Of a stretch of 64,000 bases of DNA, positions 8,042 through 19,100 are shown one piece after another. Where the stretch lies: contig CBDCOX010000002.1 of assembly GCA_965219995.1 (NCBI GenBank), positions 256,001-320,000 of the forward strand, given 5' to 3'. The translations under genes and the position numbers were made by a program. Origin of the DNA: Candidatus Latescibacterota bacterium (GTDB taxonomy: Bacteria; Latescibacterota; UBA2968; GCA-2709665). The notes under the pieces were generated by a model, which saw only the letters and a list, made by a program, of their open reading frames with translations, had not been told where the DNA came from and made no database searches. The stretch's first letter is position 1; every line of letters begins with the position of its first letter.

Positions 8042-10393
8042 TCAATCCGACGTCTCCACCCAGATGGGTGTGCTCCATCCCTTCGCGCCCATGGCGTGCG
8101 CGACGTTGCCGGGGTATTGGGGGATGGGTTCGGGCGACAGGACTTCGAGGTGGTAGTAGTGCCTTCCGGGACGGTACCGGCACAACCGGAATTCCCTGCG
8201 CTCGCCCCGGGTCCGGCCGATGAACCTTTCGTCGTGCATCAGACGCCCGTCCCGGTGGATGCGCAGGATGTATTCACATCCGGCCTCTCCCACGACGCGC
8301 CATTTCAGCACCGGATCGTCCCTCACGAGCAGCGAACTGCCCATCATCCGGTCGTTGATCGTGAATTCGATCAGGATCTGCTGGCCGGCCGTCGCGTAAC
8401 AACGCCTGGCCCTGATCGCGTCGAGGAAGGCGGCCCGGTCCAGCCGATCGGCCCAGATGCCGGTGAGCGCGCCGCTCAGGCCCGGGTTGCGGTGGTGGCT
8501 GTCGCCGCTGCCGGTGAAGGCGAATTTTCGGCCCGCGTCAAGGTATTTGAAATAGACGTCGTACAGGTCGATGTTGATCATCCAGCCGGCGCATACGTCG
8601 ACGCCCCATTCCACGTCCGTGTCGTAAAGATTCCATTTCCCGTTGTGGGGATGGGGGAGCGGCAGGTAGCCCTTTTCCTTGAACCAGGCGAGGCACTCCC
8701 GGGTGTCCTTGTGGGTATGCCGCTCGCCCTTCGTGTGAGCGTCCTTGTACTTGAAGTGCAGCAGGTCCATCTCCATGTCGTCGTCGTCCGACATCACCGA
8801 CCGGTGGTCCCGCCCGGAGTCCACCCGGTCGGTGATGGTCATTTCGTAACCCGGAAACATGGCGAATTGCCCCGGATCATTCAGGACCATCGCGTTGCCT
8901 TTCACGTAGTCCCACTCATAGTCTTTCAGGTGCCGTACGTTCCGGCGCGCGGGCAGATTCCAGAAGCTATCGTTGTCGGAAACGGTCATTCCGTCGATCT
9001 GCGCCTTGTCGCGGGCGTAGTGACCCAATTCATCCGGCTCGCCCTCTACTTCAATGGATGCCGCCGAGTGGCAGTGCAGGTCCAACCAGAAGAGGTGGTA
9101 TTTGCCGCGTTCCGCGCCGGGCAGTTCGTTGTCGGGCCGTTCCGTGCGCCGCCGCCTTTCGAACGGAAGCCGGACTTCCTTCCATTCGGTCAGGTCGATA
9201 CGGCGGTTTTCAACGGGTACCACGGGGAGATCGACTGTCAGGCGCGCGTTTTCCAGATATCGCTCGTCGGTAACCATGTCTTGAGACATCAGGTAAACCC
9301 CGGTACTGACCGTGCCGTTGTGGGGAAGCTCATAGAAGACGTTTCCTTCGGCGACAGTGCGAGGATCCGACCAGACGCCGTCGACGCAGGGTTGGCCGAA
9401 GAGGCGGCCCGTGGAAGTGAGCGTGCCCTGTTCGCTGTCGGCCTTGACTTCGTAGAACAGCCACACGCCGCCGGATTCCGCGCCCTTGAGGATGGGGAAT
9501 AGCCGCCTGCCCATGTGCCCCAGGTTGGGCGGTTTCGGAAACTCGGTCAGCAGCCCGTAGTGCAGCGGGGCGATCTCCGTCCCTCCTTCGGCACCGGAAA
9601 CCGGCTCCCAGGACAGGCCGTCCAGCCGGGCGCACCGCAGGGAATACTTCTGCTGCAGGGTGCTGTCCCTGTACATGACGTCCACGCCGCGCACCCACGC
9701 CGCCCAGAGTGAACCTCCCGTGTCCCTGCAGAGCGTCGACCTGTTCTCCCACCCCTCGTCGGTGCTGATCCGGACCACTTTCCGCGGGCCAGAGGGATCG
9801 ACAGCGCACCCGAATATGTCGTAGGTGCGTTCCACGTAGCTGTCCCAGATGATATAGATGCCTTCCGACCCCCATTCGACCATCCTGGGCCGGTAGTTGT
9901 AGCGTCCTCCGTTTCGAATCGTCCAGGTCGCGGTTGTGCCATCCGGTAGTGTCCTGAGGACCCGGATGCTGCCGTTTCGACTGACGGATTCGGCCCAGCT
10001 GATCCACAGAGCGCCGGTTTCGTCGAGGAGGGCCTGCGGCTCCCAGACTTTCGCCGACGCAGGCAGGATCAGGCATGTCCGGCAGGGACTGAACGAATTC
10101 CCGTCCCGCCTGCGGGTTCTGAACGCGTACTGGCGGCCGGTCTTTTCCAGCCAGACGAATACCACTTCATTCCCGTCGGGTATGCAGATGGGACGGGTCT
10201 GCATGGCGTCGTTCGTGGATATCGGCTCAATTGGACCCGCGGTCTCTCCGGCGAACTGTCGAACGAAAACCCTCGACCCCTCGGCCGCGTAAGCCGCCCA
10301 GGCCGCCCAGCAGGTGTTGCCGTCCTGCAGGGTGCACAGATTGGGTTCGTAACTGTCGTTCGAATAGACGCCCTCTGTGACGGCAATTTTCAC
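8042..10393 (-). CDS. Hypothetical protein: N-terminal beta-propeller-like region plus C-terminal PHP/DUF3604-like metallohydrolase
   Basis: WLDLHCHS, FPGYE, PHPH, GSGDSH, LTGIWA..L.R..FLDAIRARRCYAT and WSTPIWV motifs. Confidence 0.7.
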   Translation of the reverse strand: MKIAVTEGVYSNDSYEPNLCTLQDGNTCWAAWAAYAAEGSRVFVRQFAGETAGPIEPISTNDAMQTRPICIPDGNEVVFVWLEKTGRQYAFRTRRRDGNSFSPCRTCLILPASAKVWEPQALLDETGALWISWAESVSRNGSIRVLRTLPDGTTATWTIRNGGRYNYRPRMVEWGSEGIYIIWDSYVERTYDIFGCAVDPSGPRKVVRISTDEGWENRSTLCRDTGGSLWAAWVRGVDVMYRDSTLQQKYSLRCARLDGLSWEPVSGAEGGTEIAPLHYGLLTEFPKPPNLGHMGRRLFPILKGAESGGVWLFYEVKADSEQGTLTSTGRLFGQPCVDGVWSDPRTVAEGNVFYELPHNGTVSTGVYLMSQDMVTDERYLENARLTVDLPVVPVENRRIDLTEWKEVRLPFERRRRTERPDNELPGAERGKYHLFWLDLHCHSAASIEVEGEPDELGHYARDKAQIDGMTVSDNDSFWNLPARRNVRHLKDYEWDYVKGNAMVLNDPGQFAMFPGYEMTITDRVDSGRDHRSVMSDDDDMEMDLLHFKYKDAHTKGERHTHKDTRECLAWFKEKGYLPLPHPHNGKWNLYDTDVEWGVDVCAGWMINIDLYDVYFKYLDAGRKFAFTGSGDSHHRNPGLSGALTGIWADRLDRAAFLDAIRARRCYATAGQQILIEFTINDRMMGSSLLVRDDPVLKWRVVGEAGCEYILRIHRDGRLMHDERFIGRTRGERREFRLCRYRPGRHYYHLEVLSPEPIPQYPGNVAHAMGAKGWSTPIWVETSD

Positions 10394-10502
10394 GGTAACG
10401 GTTCCTCGTGCAGGGACGTTTTCGGGGAAGATCCGGGGCCCGTGGTTCGGATGCCCGCTCTGGAACGATGGAGTAAGGTCCTGGCCGTCCTGGATCGAGC
10501 CA

Positions 10503-12131
10503 CTAGGTTCGCTTCCACGGTTCTCCGGCTGCAGTCACTTCCTCCCGGGTCGTGGCATCGGGTCCAAAGCGGATGTGTCGGAAGGCGAATGGGATATGGC
10601 GTCTGCCGAACAGGGCGTGGGTAAGTCCCCATTCGGACAGACTAAAGGCGACAGTTGCCGCCAGACCGACGCATATCGTGTAACCGATCCACGCGGCGAA
10701 GCTGCCCGCGGACAGAAAAAGGGGTTGATGAAACGCGTCGGTCCGGACGACAAGCGCCGCGAAAATGGTGCAGATGACGGCGTTGAATGTAATCACGCCC
10801 TCGGTGACCAGACGCCGCGGTGTGAATTCGACGATCTTCAGGGCGAAGTTGAAGTTGACGACCCACCAGAGGAAGACCAGATAGAAGAGCTGGCCCGTTC
10901 CCGTCCACGTATCGGGAATGAATGAAATCGGCTTGGAGCGGTGTGCGTGCATCAGCCAGAACAGGGCGATACCGATGGCAATGTATACCAGTTCAAGCCA
11001 GCCGATCCACCCCTTCGACCGCACGAACCAGCCTGCAACCGGCAGGCCGTAGGGCCTCTTCGGCAGCGACGCCACCTTATCCACCCAGTTCAACGGCGCC
11101 TTTCTGTGATTGAGATAGGTGAGTCCCACCAGGACGAATCCCGTCGCGAACATCCCGGTCCACCCGGGCAGCGGGTCCGCATTCGAGCCGGCAGGCGCGA
11201 CGGTCGATAACAGCCCCATGCAGACGGCGATGGCAATGCCGAACAAGAGCCCTTGGGTCTGCTCCATGACGCTGTGCCAGTTGGTCTGTAAACCGGTGCG
11301 GATGTTCAGCAGTTTCAGGAGTTGCCCCAGCCCGAAGCCGATGCCGCCGATGAATCCCGTGATCAGTCCTGCAAAAGCCAGACCGTAGAGGTCGTACCGC
11401 CAGCAGTAGATCAGCAGACCGGCGGCAAGGCCGACACACCCGGCCCAGTTGTCGCCCCTGGGCGGGGTCATCCGGAGCTTGAGGACGACGACAAGCACCA
11501 GGAAGGACACGAACCACCCGATGGTCATGTGGAGCACAAGCGACGTGGCAATATCGAAGCCGCCGCGGAAGAGAGAAACGACGAAGCCGGCGGCCATCGC
11601 CACCAGGTTGGCAAGCCAGTCGGTATCGTACCAGGAAAGAGCGGCTCTGCCTGATTTGCCGGCACCCGAAAAAAGCAGGTCGACCAGGACCGACTGCAGC
11701 GCCCACCCCGCAAAAATCGCGGCCAATGGGGCAAAGAAGAGGGCAAGTCGGTCTCCGGTGAAGAATACGGGAAGCGCGGTTCCCGCTCCGCCCAAAAACG
11801 CCCACAGGAAGCCGATGACGAAGAGGTTGGCGAATCCGTACAGGACGGAAGGCGGGTGGCCCGAGTGCGTGTATCCAACCACGCCCATATACGACATGCT
11901 TCCACCGAAAGACCAGCCGAGCGCGCCGAACATGGCGAAGTAGTGAACGTGCGCAAGCCAGTCGGAACGGCCGGATACCAGAACGGCCGCAATGGCCGCC
12001 AGCGCACCCGGTATGGCCGCACCGTATTCGTGGCCGAAGTTACCGCGAATGCCCCATCCCACGGATAGGGAAAGGCCGCAGAAGGCCACGAGTTGCCATG
12101 TGATGCCGCTTGCCGCCAGGTGGAGATCCAT
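10503..12131 (-). CDS. Uncharacterised polytopic membrane protein
   Basis: More than 12 hydrophobic segments; GWGIRGNFGHEYGA and GGSMSYM motifs; 10 bp downstream of hydantoinase A. Confidence 0.75.
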   Translation of the reverse strand: MDLHLAASGITWQLVAFCGLSLSVGWGIRGNFGHEYGAAIPGALAAIAAVLVSGRSDWLAHVHYFAMFGALGWSFGGSMSYMGVVGYTHSGHPPSVLYGFANLFVIGFLWAFLGGAGTALPVFFTGDRLALFFAPLAAIFAGWALQSVLVDLLFSGAGKSGRAALSWYDTDWLANLVAMAAGFVVSLFRGGFDIATSLVLHMTIGWFVSFLVLVVVLKLRMTPPRGDNWAGCVGLAAGLLIYCWRYDLYGLAFAGLITGFIGGIGFGLGQLLKLLNIRTGLQTNWHSVMEQTQGLLFGIAIAVCMGLLSTVAPAGSNADPLPGWTGMFATGFVLVGLTYLNHRKAPLNWVDKVASLPKRPYGLPVAGWFVRSKGWIGWLELVYIAIGIALFWLMHAHRSKPISFIPDTWTGTGQLFYLVFLWWVVNFNFALKIVEFTPRRLVTEGVITFNAVICTIFAALVVRTDAFHQPLFLSAGSFAAWIGYTICVGLAATVAFSLSEWGLTHALFGRRHIPFAFRHIRFGPDATTREEVTAAGEPWKRT

Positions 12132-12141
12132 GACGTTACTC

Positions 12142-14235
12142 TCAATCGACGTCGATCAGGAGATTGCCGTAGTCGTCCACGGTTACGGCACAATCGGGCG
12201 GAACAAGGGTTGTGGAGTCGATTTCCTCCACGATGGCGGGACCCGTGAAGCGGTTGTTCGCCTGAAGGCGGTACCGGTCGTAGATCGACGTGGGCGCCGG
12301 TTCGGTGGAACCCGGCATGCGGACGTCGCGTTTCGCCTTCAGGGCCGTGCGCGAGGATGGTCCGCCCTTGGGAACCTGCCGTCGGCTGGGGCGGGGCACG
12401 GCGCCCACGGCTGAGAGACGCGCGTTGACGATTTCGGTGGGCTCGTCCCGGGTTGCGAAACCGTACTGGCGCCGGTGGGCTGCGAAGAAGGCGTCGTTCA
12501 TCTTCCGGGGAAGGCTTTCCGACAATTGGGCAACGGGTACCCGAAGTTCGTAGGACTGGCCCAGATACCGCATATCGGCCTCGCGGACGAAGCGGATGTT
12601 GTCGCGGGTGACCCCCTCGCTCAGAAGCAAGCCGGTCGCATGGTCTTCAAACTCGCGGTAGATGGCCGTAAGTGCCGGCAGGTCCAAATCGTCCGTCTTC
12701 GAGATATAGGTGCGAACGTAGTCGTGGCGCAGGTCCGTAACGAGCAGTCCGAGCGCTGTGGTCACGCCCGGGCTGGGCGGTACGAGGACGGTGCGGATGT
12801 GCAGCGCCCTGGCAAGCGCGGCGGCATGGAGGGGGCCGGCGCCGCCGAAGGCCACCAGGACGAACGCGCGGGGGTCCACGCCTTTCTGGACCGACACGAG
12901 TTGGAGGATGCCCGTCATATTGGCATTGGCGATTTCAATCAGACCGGCCGCGGCCTCGTCGACGGCCATATTCAGTGGCCCTGCGATGCGCCGGTCGATT
13001 GCCAGTTCCGCGAGCGATCTGTCGAGGCGGAGTTCACCACCCAGAAAGTAACCGGGATCGAGCCGGTCGAGAACGAGGTTTGCGTCCGTCAGCGTGGGTT
13101 CCGACCCTCCCTTTCCGTAACAGGCGGGTCCAGGCGCCGCGCCCGCGGATTGCGGGCCCACGGCAAGCGCCCCGCCCGGATCAACGTGGCCGATGCTCCC
13201 GCCGCCGGACCCGATTTCAACCAGATCGATCACGGGCGTCTTTACGGGATAACCCTGACCCTTGTCGCGGGTCGTGGTTGCAACCGCCGCATCGCCGACC
13301 TCGAATTCGGCAGCCAGGCGCGGCCGGCCGTTTTCGATGAGCGCGGCCTTCGCGGTTGTGCCGCCAATGTCCAGCGCAATCAGATTTTCGTACCCGGCCA
13401 GCCGGCCCACGTACGAAGCCGCGATGACGCCCGCTGCCGGACCGGATTCGATGAGCTGTACGGGCTGCTGCCTGGCGGTCCCGGAGGCGATGATGCCGCC
13501 GCCGGAGGTCATCAGGAACAGGCCGGAACCCGGGTTTACCGCTCCGAGCCGGTCCTCCAGGCGTTCCACGTAGGCGCCCACCGCCGGAAGCAGCGCGGCG
13601 TTGACGGCCGTTGTGCTGGCGCGGGTATATTCGCGGTATTCGGGACAGATGTCGGAGGAGACGCAGACGGGCAGACCGGGACATGCGTCCCGGATGATCC
13701 CGGCGGCCCTCCGTTCGTGCGCCGGGTCCCGGTACGCGTGCAGGAAGCACACGAGAATCGCTTCCACCCCGTCCTCGGCCAGTCTACAGGCGGCACGGTA
13801 CACGGCGGCCTCGTCCAGGGGGACGAGCACCTCCCCATGGGCATCGATACGTTCGGGTACGCCAATGCACAGGTGGCGCGGAACGAGCGGAGGAGGTTTG
13901 TCGTAATCGAGGTCGTAGAGGTTGGGCCGAATCTGCCACGCGATCTCGAACAGATCACTGAAACCTTCGGAGGCGATGAGGCCGATCCGGGCGCCTTTTT
14001 GCTGGATGATCGTGTTGGTCGCCACGGTCGTACCGTGTACCACGAAGCCCACCTGCCGGGCCGTGAGCCCCTGGTTGTCGAGGCCGCGGGTATACGCTTC
14101 CATGAACGCCCGTGACGGATCGTCAGGAGTGGAGGATACCTTGACGGGGCGGAAGTCGCCCGTGTTCTCGTCCATCACCACGGCATCCGTAAACGTGCCG
14201 CCGATGTCGATGCCGATGCGGTATGAATCACTCAT
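12142..14235 (-). CDS. Hydantoinase/5-oxoprolinase subunit A
   Basis: GIDIGGTFTD, HGTTVATN, ESGPAAG, DIGGTT, GPQSAGAAPGPACYG. Confidence 0.95.
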   Translation of the reverse strand: MSDSYRIGIDIGGTFTDAVVMDENTGDFRPVKVSSTPDDPSRAFMEAYTRGLDNQGLTARQVGFVVHGTTVATNTIIQQKGARIGLIASEGFSDLFEIAWQIRPNLYDLDYDKPPPLVPRHLCIGVPERIDAHGEVLVPLDEAAVYRAACRLAEDGVEAILVCFLHAYRDPAHERRAAGIIRDACPGLPVCVSSDICPEYREYTRASTTAVNAALLPAVGAYVERLEDRLGAVNPGSGLFLMTSGGGIIASGTARQQPVQLIESGPAAGVIAASYVGRLAGYENLIALDIGGTTAKAALIENGRPRLAAEFEVGDAAVATTTRDKGQGYPVKTPVIDLVEIGSGGGSIGHVDPGGALAVGPQSAGAAPGPACYGKGGSEPTLTDANLVLDRLDPGYFLGGELRLDRSLAELAIDRRIAGPLNMAVDEAAAGLIEIANANMTGILQLVSVQKGVDPRAFVLVAFGGAGPLHAAALARALHIRTVLVPPSPGVTTALGLLVTDLRHDYVRTYISKTDDLDLPALTAIYREFEDHATGLLLSEGVTRDNIRFVREADMRYLGQSYELRVPVAQLSESLPRKMNDAFFAAHRRQYGFATRDEPTEIVNARLSAVGAVPRPSRRQVPKGGPSSRTALKAKRDVRMPGSTEPAPTSIYDRYRLQANNRFTGPAIVEEIDSTTLVPPDCAVTVDDYGNLLIDVD

Positions 14236-15986
14236 CGAGTCGAACTCCGTTCGAGGCGTTCGCGCTGCGCCAGCGTCGCCTCGTGGGCCGCGGACCATGT
14301 CGCCGCGTCATAGATGACTCCGTAGGTTTCACTCGCGGTCCGAGGTGATACCTTCCCGGCTCTCACGTCTCTCACTACGGCGTCCGGTTCCCGTTCGTGG
14401 GGGTGTCCGAAACCTCCCCCGCCAGGGGTCTGCACGCTGACGCGGCCGCCCTTCGGCACGGTGATGCTGACTTTGGAGGGAAGTTTTTCCGCACTGCCTT
14501 CCGGATCCAGAATGAACAGGGCGGTGCGTCCGTCCCCACCGCCCCTGAGTCCCCATGGTGGAAAACGCGTGCCGTCTGAGAGGACCGTAAAGATGGTATC
14601 GCAGTCCGGAAACTCAAAATCCCTCCTGATGCCGAGGCCGCCGCGGAAACGACCCGGGCCCCCGCTGTCGGGTATCAGGCCGTACCGGGCGAAGCGGATG
14701 GGATAGTTGATTTCCACCTCCTCGACCGGCGCGTTTTCCGTATTGTGGATGGTGGTCTGGATGGCATCCGGACCGTCCTTGGCGGGGCGGGCGCCGTTGC
14801 CGCCGCCAACGGTCTCCATGTAACAGTAATACGCTTCTTTACGCGGATCGTTTCCCGCGAAACCCAGGTTGCAGATAATGGCTTTGCCGCAGGCGGGAAT
14901 CCGGTCCGGCAACGCGTCGCGCAGGGAGGTGAGGGTCAACTCCGCCGTGAGTTGCGCCAGTTCCCACGCGCCGACCACGGCGGCGGGCCAGGTTGCGGTG
15001 AGCACGGTATTGTCCGGTCCGATCACGTCCATGCATCGGTAGAGCCCGTCGTTGACCAGGATGCGCGGATCGATCAGGCTCTTGATGACCACCGCGATGG
15101 CGGCCAGTGTATTTGAGCGCGTGGCGTTCAGCGGGCCTGTCTGCTGCGGCGCGGACCCGGTGACGTCCAGTCTGGCGCTTCCGTCGCGGAGTTGGACGGC
15201 AACGGCGATTTTGACCGGTTCGTCGTCGAATCCGTTGTTGTCGCGATATCCCTCAGCCTTGTATACACCTGCCGGCAATGCGGCGATCTCACGCCGCGCC
15301 CAGCGCTCCGTATAGTCCAGCAGTTCGTCGAAGAAGGCCTCCACCTGGCCGACGTCGTAACGGTCCATGAGTTCGGCGATGCGTGTAGCGCCCACCAGGT
15401 TCGCACCCATCTGCGCGCGCAGGTCCCCTCCGGTTTCGTGGGGCGCGCGCACGTTTTCGAGGATGAGGCCCAGGACGTCGTTGTCGATTTCCCCCCGGCG
15501 CATGATTTTCGTGGGGGGGATGATGATGCCTTCCTGGTAGATCTCGCGGTTGACGCCCAGGCTGCTCGGCGTGCTGCCCCCCACGTCGACGTGGTGGGCC
15601 ATGTTGGCCAGGTACCCGAGCCGGGTCTTTCCGGCAAAGACCGGCGCGATCAGGGCGATGTCGTTCAGATGGCTGCTTCCGCGGTGAGGATCGTTCAGGA
15701 CGAGGCCGTCGCCGGGACCGAGGTTCTCCGCGCCGTATTCCCGGAGGGCGTTCGGGATCGCGGTCTTCATGGATGAGAGGTGCGGCGGCTGCGAGAAAGA
15801 TTGTGCGACCACTCGGAATGAAGCGTCGAAGAAGGCACAGGAAAAGTCGGCCCGGGTCTTGATATTCGTGGAGTACGCGGTTCGGCGAATGGTGTACGCC
15901 ATCTCCTCGGTGGCGTTGAGCAGTGCATTCTTCATCACTTCGAACGTGATGGGGTCCATGGTCAGTTGAGATGATCGCTCGGACAT
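14232..15986 (-). CDS. Hydantoinase B/oxoprolinase subunit B
   Basis: DPITFEV, NDPHRGSSHLND, HHVDVGG, DSGGPGRFRGGLG, TPGGGGFG; 4-bp overlap with subunit A. Confidence 0.95.
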   Translation of the reverse strand: MSERSSQLTMDPITFEVMKNALLNATEEMAYTIRRTAYSTNIKTRADFSCAFFDASFRVVAQSFSQPPHLSSMKTAIPNALREYGAENLGPGDGLVLNDPHRGSSHLNDIALIAPVFAGKTRLGYLANMAHHVDVGGSTPSSLGVNREIYQEGIIIPPTKIMRRGEIDNDVLGLILENVRAPHETGGDLRAQMGANLVGATRIAELMDRYDVGQVEAFFDELLDYTERWARREIAALPAGVYKAEGYRDNNGFDDEPVKIAVAVQLRDGSARLDVTGSAPQQTGPLNATRSNTLAAIAVVIKSLIDPRILVNDGLYRCMDVIGPDNTVLTATWPAAVVGAWELAQLTAELTLTSLRDALPDRIPACGKAIICNLGFAGNDPRKEAYYCYMETVGGGNGARPAKDGPDAIQTTIHNTENAPVEEVEINYPIRFARYGLIPDSGGPGRFRGGLGIRRDFEFPDCDTIFTVLSDGTRFPPWGLRGGGDGRTALFILDPEGSAEKLPSKVSITVPKGGRVSVQTPGGGGFGHPHEREPDAVVRDVRAGKVSPRTASETYGVIYDAATWSAAHEATLAQRERLERSSTR

Positions 15987-16112
15987 GCCCGGTCTCCCTG
16001 AAGGGCTTCCCCGGGAAGGAAGCAGGGGTGCACGAAGAGTGGTGTGATCGGTTGTGGCGCGCCGGCGGAACCGGAAGTCCATCCGCACTTTCGCGCCGCA
16101 GGACGTTGTTTT

Positions 16113-19100
16113 CTACGATGCGGCGCTCTCGCCGGCTTCCCGCCCGCTGTCCCGGGCGGAAGTCTGCCGCTGCCAGTGACCCGAACCGAAGATCCGGAAT
16201 CGATCCACCCCCGGATGCAGAGCCGAAAATGCGATCTCATCGCCGGCGGACAGGTGATGGGCCGCGTCGAGGCGCAGGGCGAACCGGGTGCGGATACGGG
16301 TTCCATGTTCGTCCAGAATGTCCGCCGCAACCGGGTCGTTCAGAGGTTGGAGGAAGGCCAGGTTTCGGTCCGGTCTCACTTTGAAGACGTTCAGGTTGTC
16401 TTCCCTGCCCTGGATCACCGGGGGCGGCTCCACCCACGCGCGGCCGGTTTCGACCCCGGTGACAAGCAGATAGCCGACGGCAAGGTGGGGAAAGCCTGTC
16501 AGGCGCAGTGTATAGGTGCCTTCAGGATTTCGCATGCAGGATTGAATGGTGTAGGCGGAGGCACGAGCGCGGTGGCGGATGGTGATGGTTTTGTTCGAAA
16601 GGGTGTTGAGGTCCGCGATTGCAGCGTCCGGCTGGATCGTCAGTGACTTCACGACGTCGTCGAATCCGGTGAGCAGGCCTTCGATGGTGAAGGAGGGTTC
16701 GATCCTGCGGCCGCCGGATTCCGCGAATGTCCCGCCGATCATAGCCAGCGTCCGGAGACCCTCGGCATCGAACGACGCAAAGGCGAGTTCGCCGTCGCTG
16801 CGAAGTTCACGCCCGTTACGGGAGATTTTACAGGGTGCGCCGGAGGGGTTGCTCAGAATCAGATCCGTACCCCGGTTGTGCGCCACCTGCAGTCCGGCCG
16901 CCTCGCCGCTTTCACATGCCATGCGGCTGGCCCGTTCGATAAACGGGGTCTTGCGGTAGGGTTCGTGGACGGCCAGAAAGGTGTTCGGGTGGTGACGGTT
17001 GCGTCGGCGAACGGTGACCAGCTTCATCTGCTCGCCGAGGTCGCGGTTGTCCAGCCAGCGCTGCGCGGGACCGGTGCCAACGATGATTTCGGATCCGGGC
17101 GCGTCGAGCATGTGTAATCTGAGAAAGGCTTCCGTGTCGGTTACGGGTGCGCCGTCCGGCCCCGGGTATTCGGTCACGTCGCCCCAGGTTGCCGTCCACG
17201 GCCCGTCGCTGTGACCCGTACTGAGCTGCGCAACGCGCTGTGAACCCCACATGGCGCCCGCCCGGGGGGTGCGTCGGGACGGCTTGAACGTAAAGCCGCT
17301 GTAATCGTAGAGGGATTCCGCCGGGTCGGGCCGGTCCCTGAGATCGACGCCTTCAGTGGAAAAGCGATGCCCGTTGCCGTGGAATGTCCAGTCGTGCAGG
17401 TGGCCGCCGCTGACGCGGAAGAGGTCTACGACGTAGGCGTTTTCGGCGTCGCAGTCGATCAGGGCGACGGTGCGTTGGAACCGGTCGGCCCCGGGCACTT
17501 TTGCGAGCTCGTCGGCGTCCTCCTCGGCGGCATCGATTGCCTTGAATCCGGGCAGATCCACAAAAGACCGAAGGTCTCCGCGGAGGTTGTCCGTACCCAT
17601 CGGGTCGCCGTCCCGCGTACGGATGGCGACGGTATTGTGGGCAGGAAAGGTCTTTATCCAGTCCACCGTCATAAAGTGGGTGGATCCCATGTAGCCGAGG
17701 TCGGTTGCGAGTTCGTGGCCTGCCGCGTAGAGCGTGAGGTTGAGGGGCGCCATGTGGTAGTGCCCGACTCGCTCCGTGTAGTCGAGTGAGAGTGTGCGGG
17801 CACGGTCTCCCTCGCCGCTGCGCAGGATGGCTTTGCGGTTCTGGCCCAACAGGTGTGAAGGAAGGGGCATCGGAAGTTTCAGCGAGACGACGGGATCGCC
17901 CTCGGGATCGATATTCAGGTAGTCCCGGTACCCATCCGGGATGCCGCCGCCATGGGTTTCTGCCAGGGCGAGCTGTTCCAGCGGCATGGCGGCTCTGATG
18001 ACACAGTCTTCCCAGGCGATGGGGCGACCGTCCGGGAAGCCGGTCTTGAGGTACTGCCCGAGACCGTGCCTGAAGACGGGCAGGGAAAGCATGTTGATCC
18101 CGTTGAGTTTCCCGTCGTAATAGGGGGCGGTCCTGTCAAATGCGCCCCGCTGGCCGTGGATCGCCTCCATCACGCCCGAGATTCCCCAACTGGTGTACGA
18201 GGGGGAGCCCTCCTTGCCCAGACCGTCCCCGGTAAAGAAGTTGTGCAGAAAGTAAAATATATCTCTGGCCACGTTTTCGATGATCCGGTCGTCGCCGACG
18301 ATGCGTCCGAGTTGCAGCCTGGGCATCTGGGTAGAGGAGGAAAGGTTGTCGGCGCCTGTGACAAGCGAATAGGGATGGAGGGTGTATTCCAGAATGCCGC
18401 GTTTGAGTTTTCGGCCGCTGGCCGCCAGTTGCAATGAATCGCCTTCGACGGACGTGAGAATGCGCAGCGCCGCGGCTTTCAGGTCGGACTCGGATTCTTC
18501 GAAGGTCCCGGCAATCAGGCTGTAACCGACCAGGAGATCCTCGGCGAGGCTGGCTTTCCAGTTCCACACGCCAGGGTAGATGGAGGCGCCTGTGGTGCCG
18601 TAGCGGTCTCCCGGCGCGTTCAACGGGCGTTCCGGGTCCCCCTCGATATGATCGAACGGGGCGTAAAGGCGATACCCGGGATAGGTTTTCGCGGGCGTGC
18701 CAGGTTCGTAGAAACCGGCCAGACGTCTCCCCAGATTCGCTTCGGATGTTTCCAGGAGTGCGGCAAGATAGGCGTCGCCGAGGAGAGCCCTGGCAAGCGT
18801 TACGAGGATGACGCGGGCCTTGCGGGCGTGTTTGCTTGCCGTGTCGGGATCGGATCTGAGCCTTGCAGCGTGGCTGGCTTCGCCCAGGCGATGGAGTACG
18901 CGGCCGGACAACGCCCGCAGTGAATTCATCCAGCAGAGGGCCTTGAAATAAAAGGCGTTGGTCGGTTCTACGTAGCCGTGGGCCTCGCCGTCCCAGTGGT
19001 CCCAGGGGATGCCGTCGTGCGCCTCGCTCCAGGCTTCGTCGTGGTCCTCGCGCCACACCCGGTCCGTGGGAAAGCATCCGTCTCCGTCGTCAGGGTACCG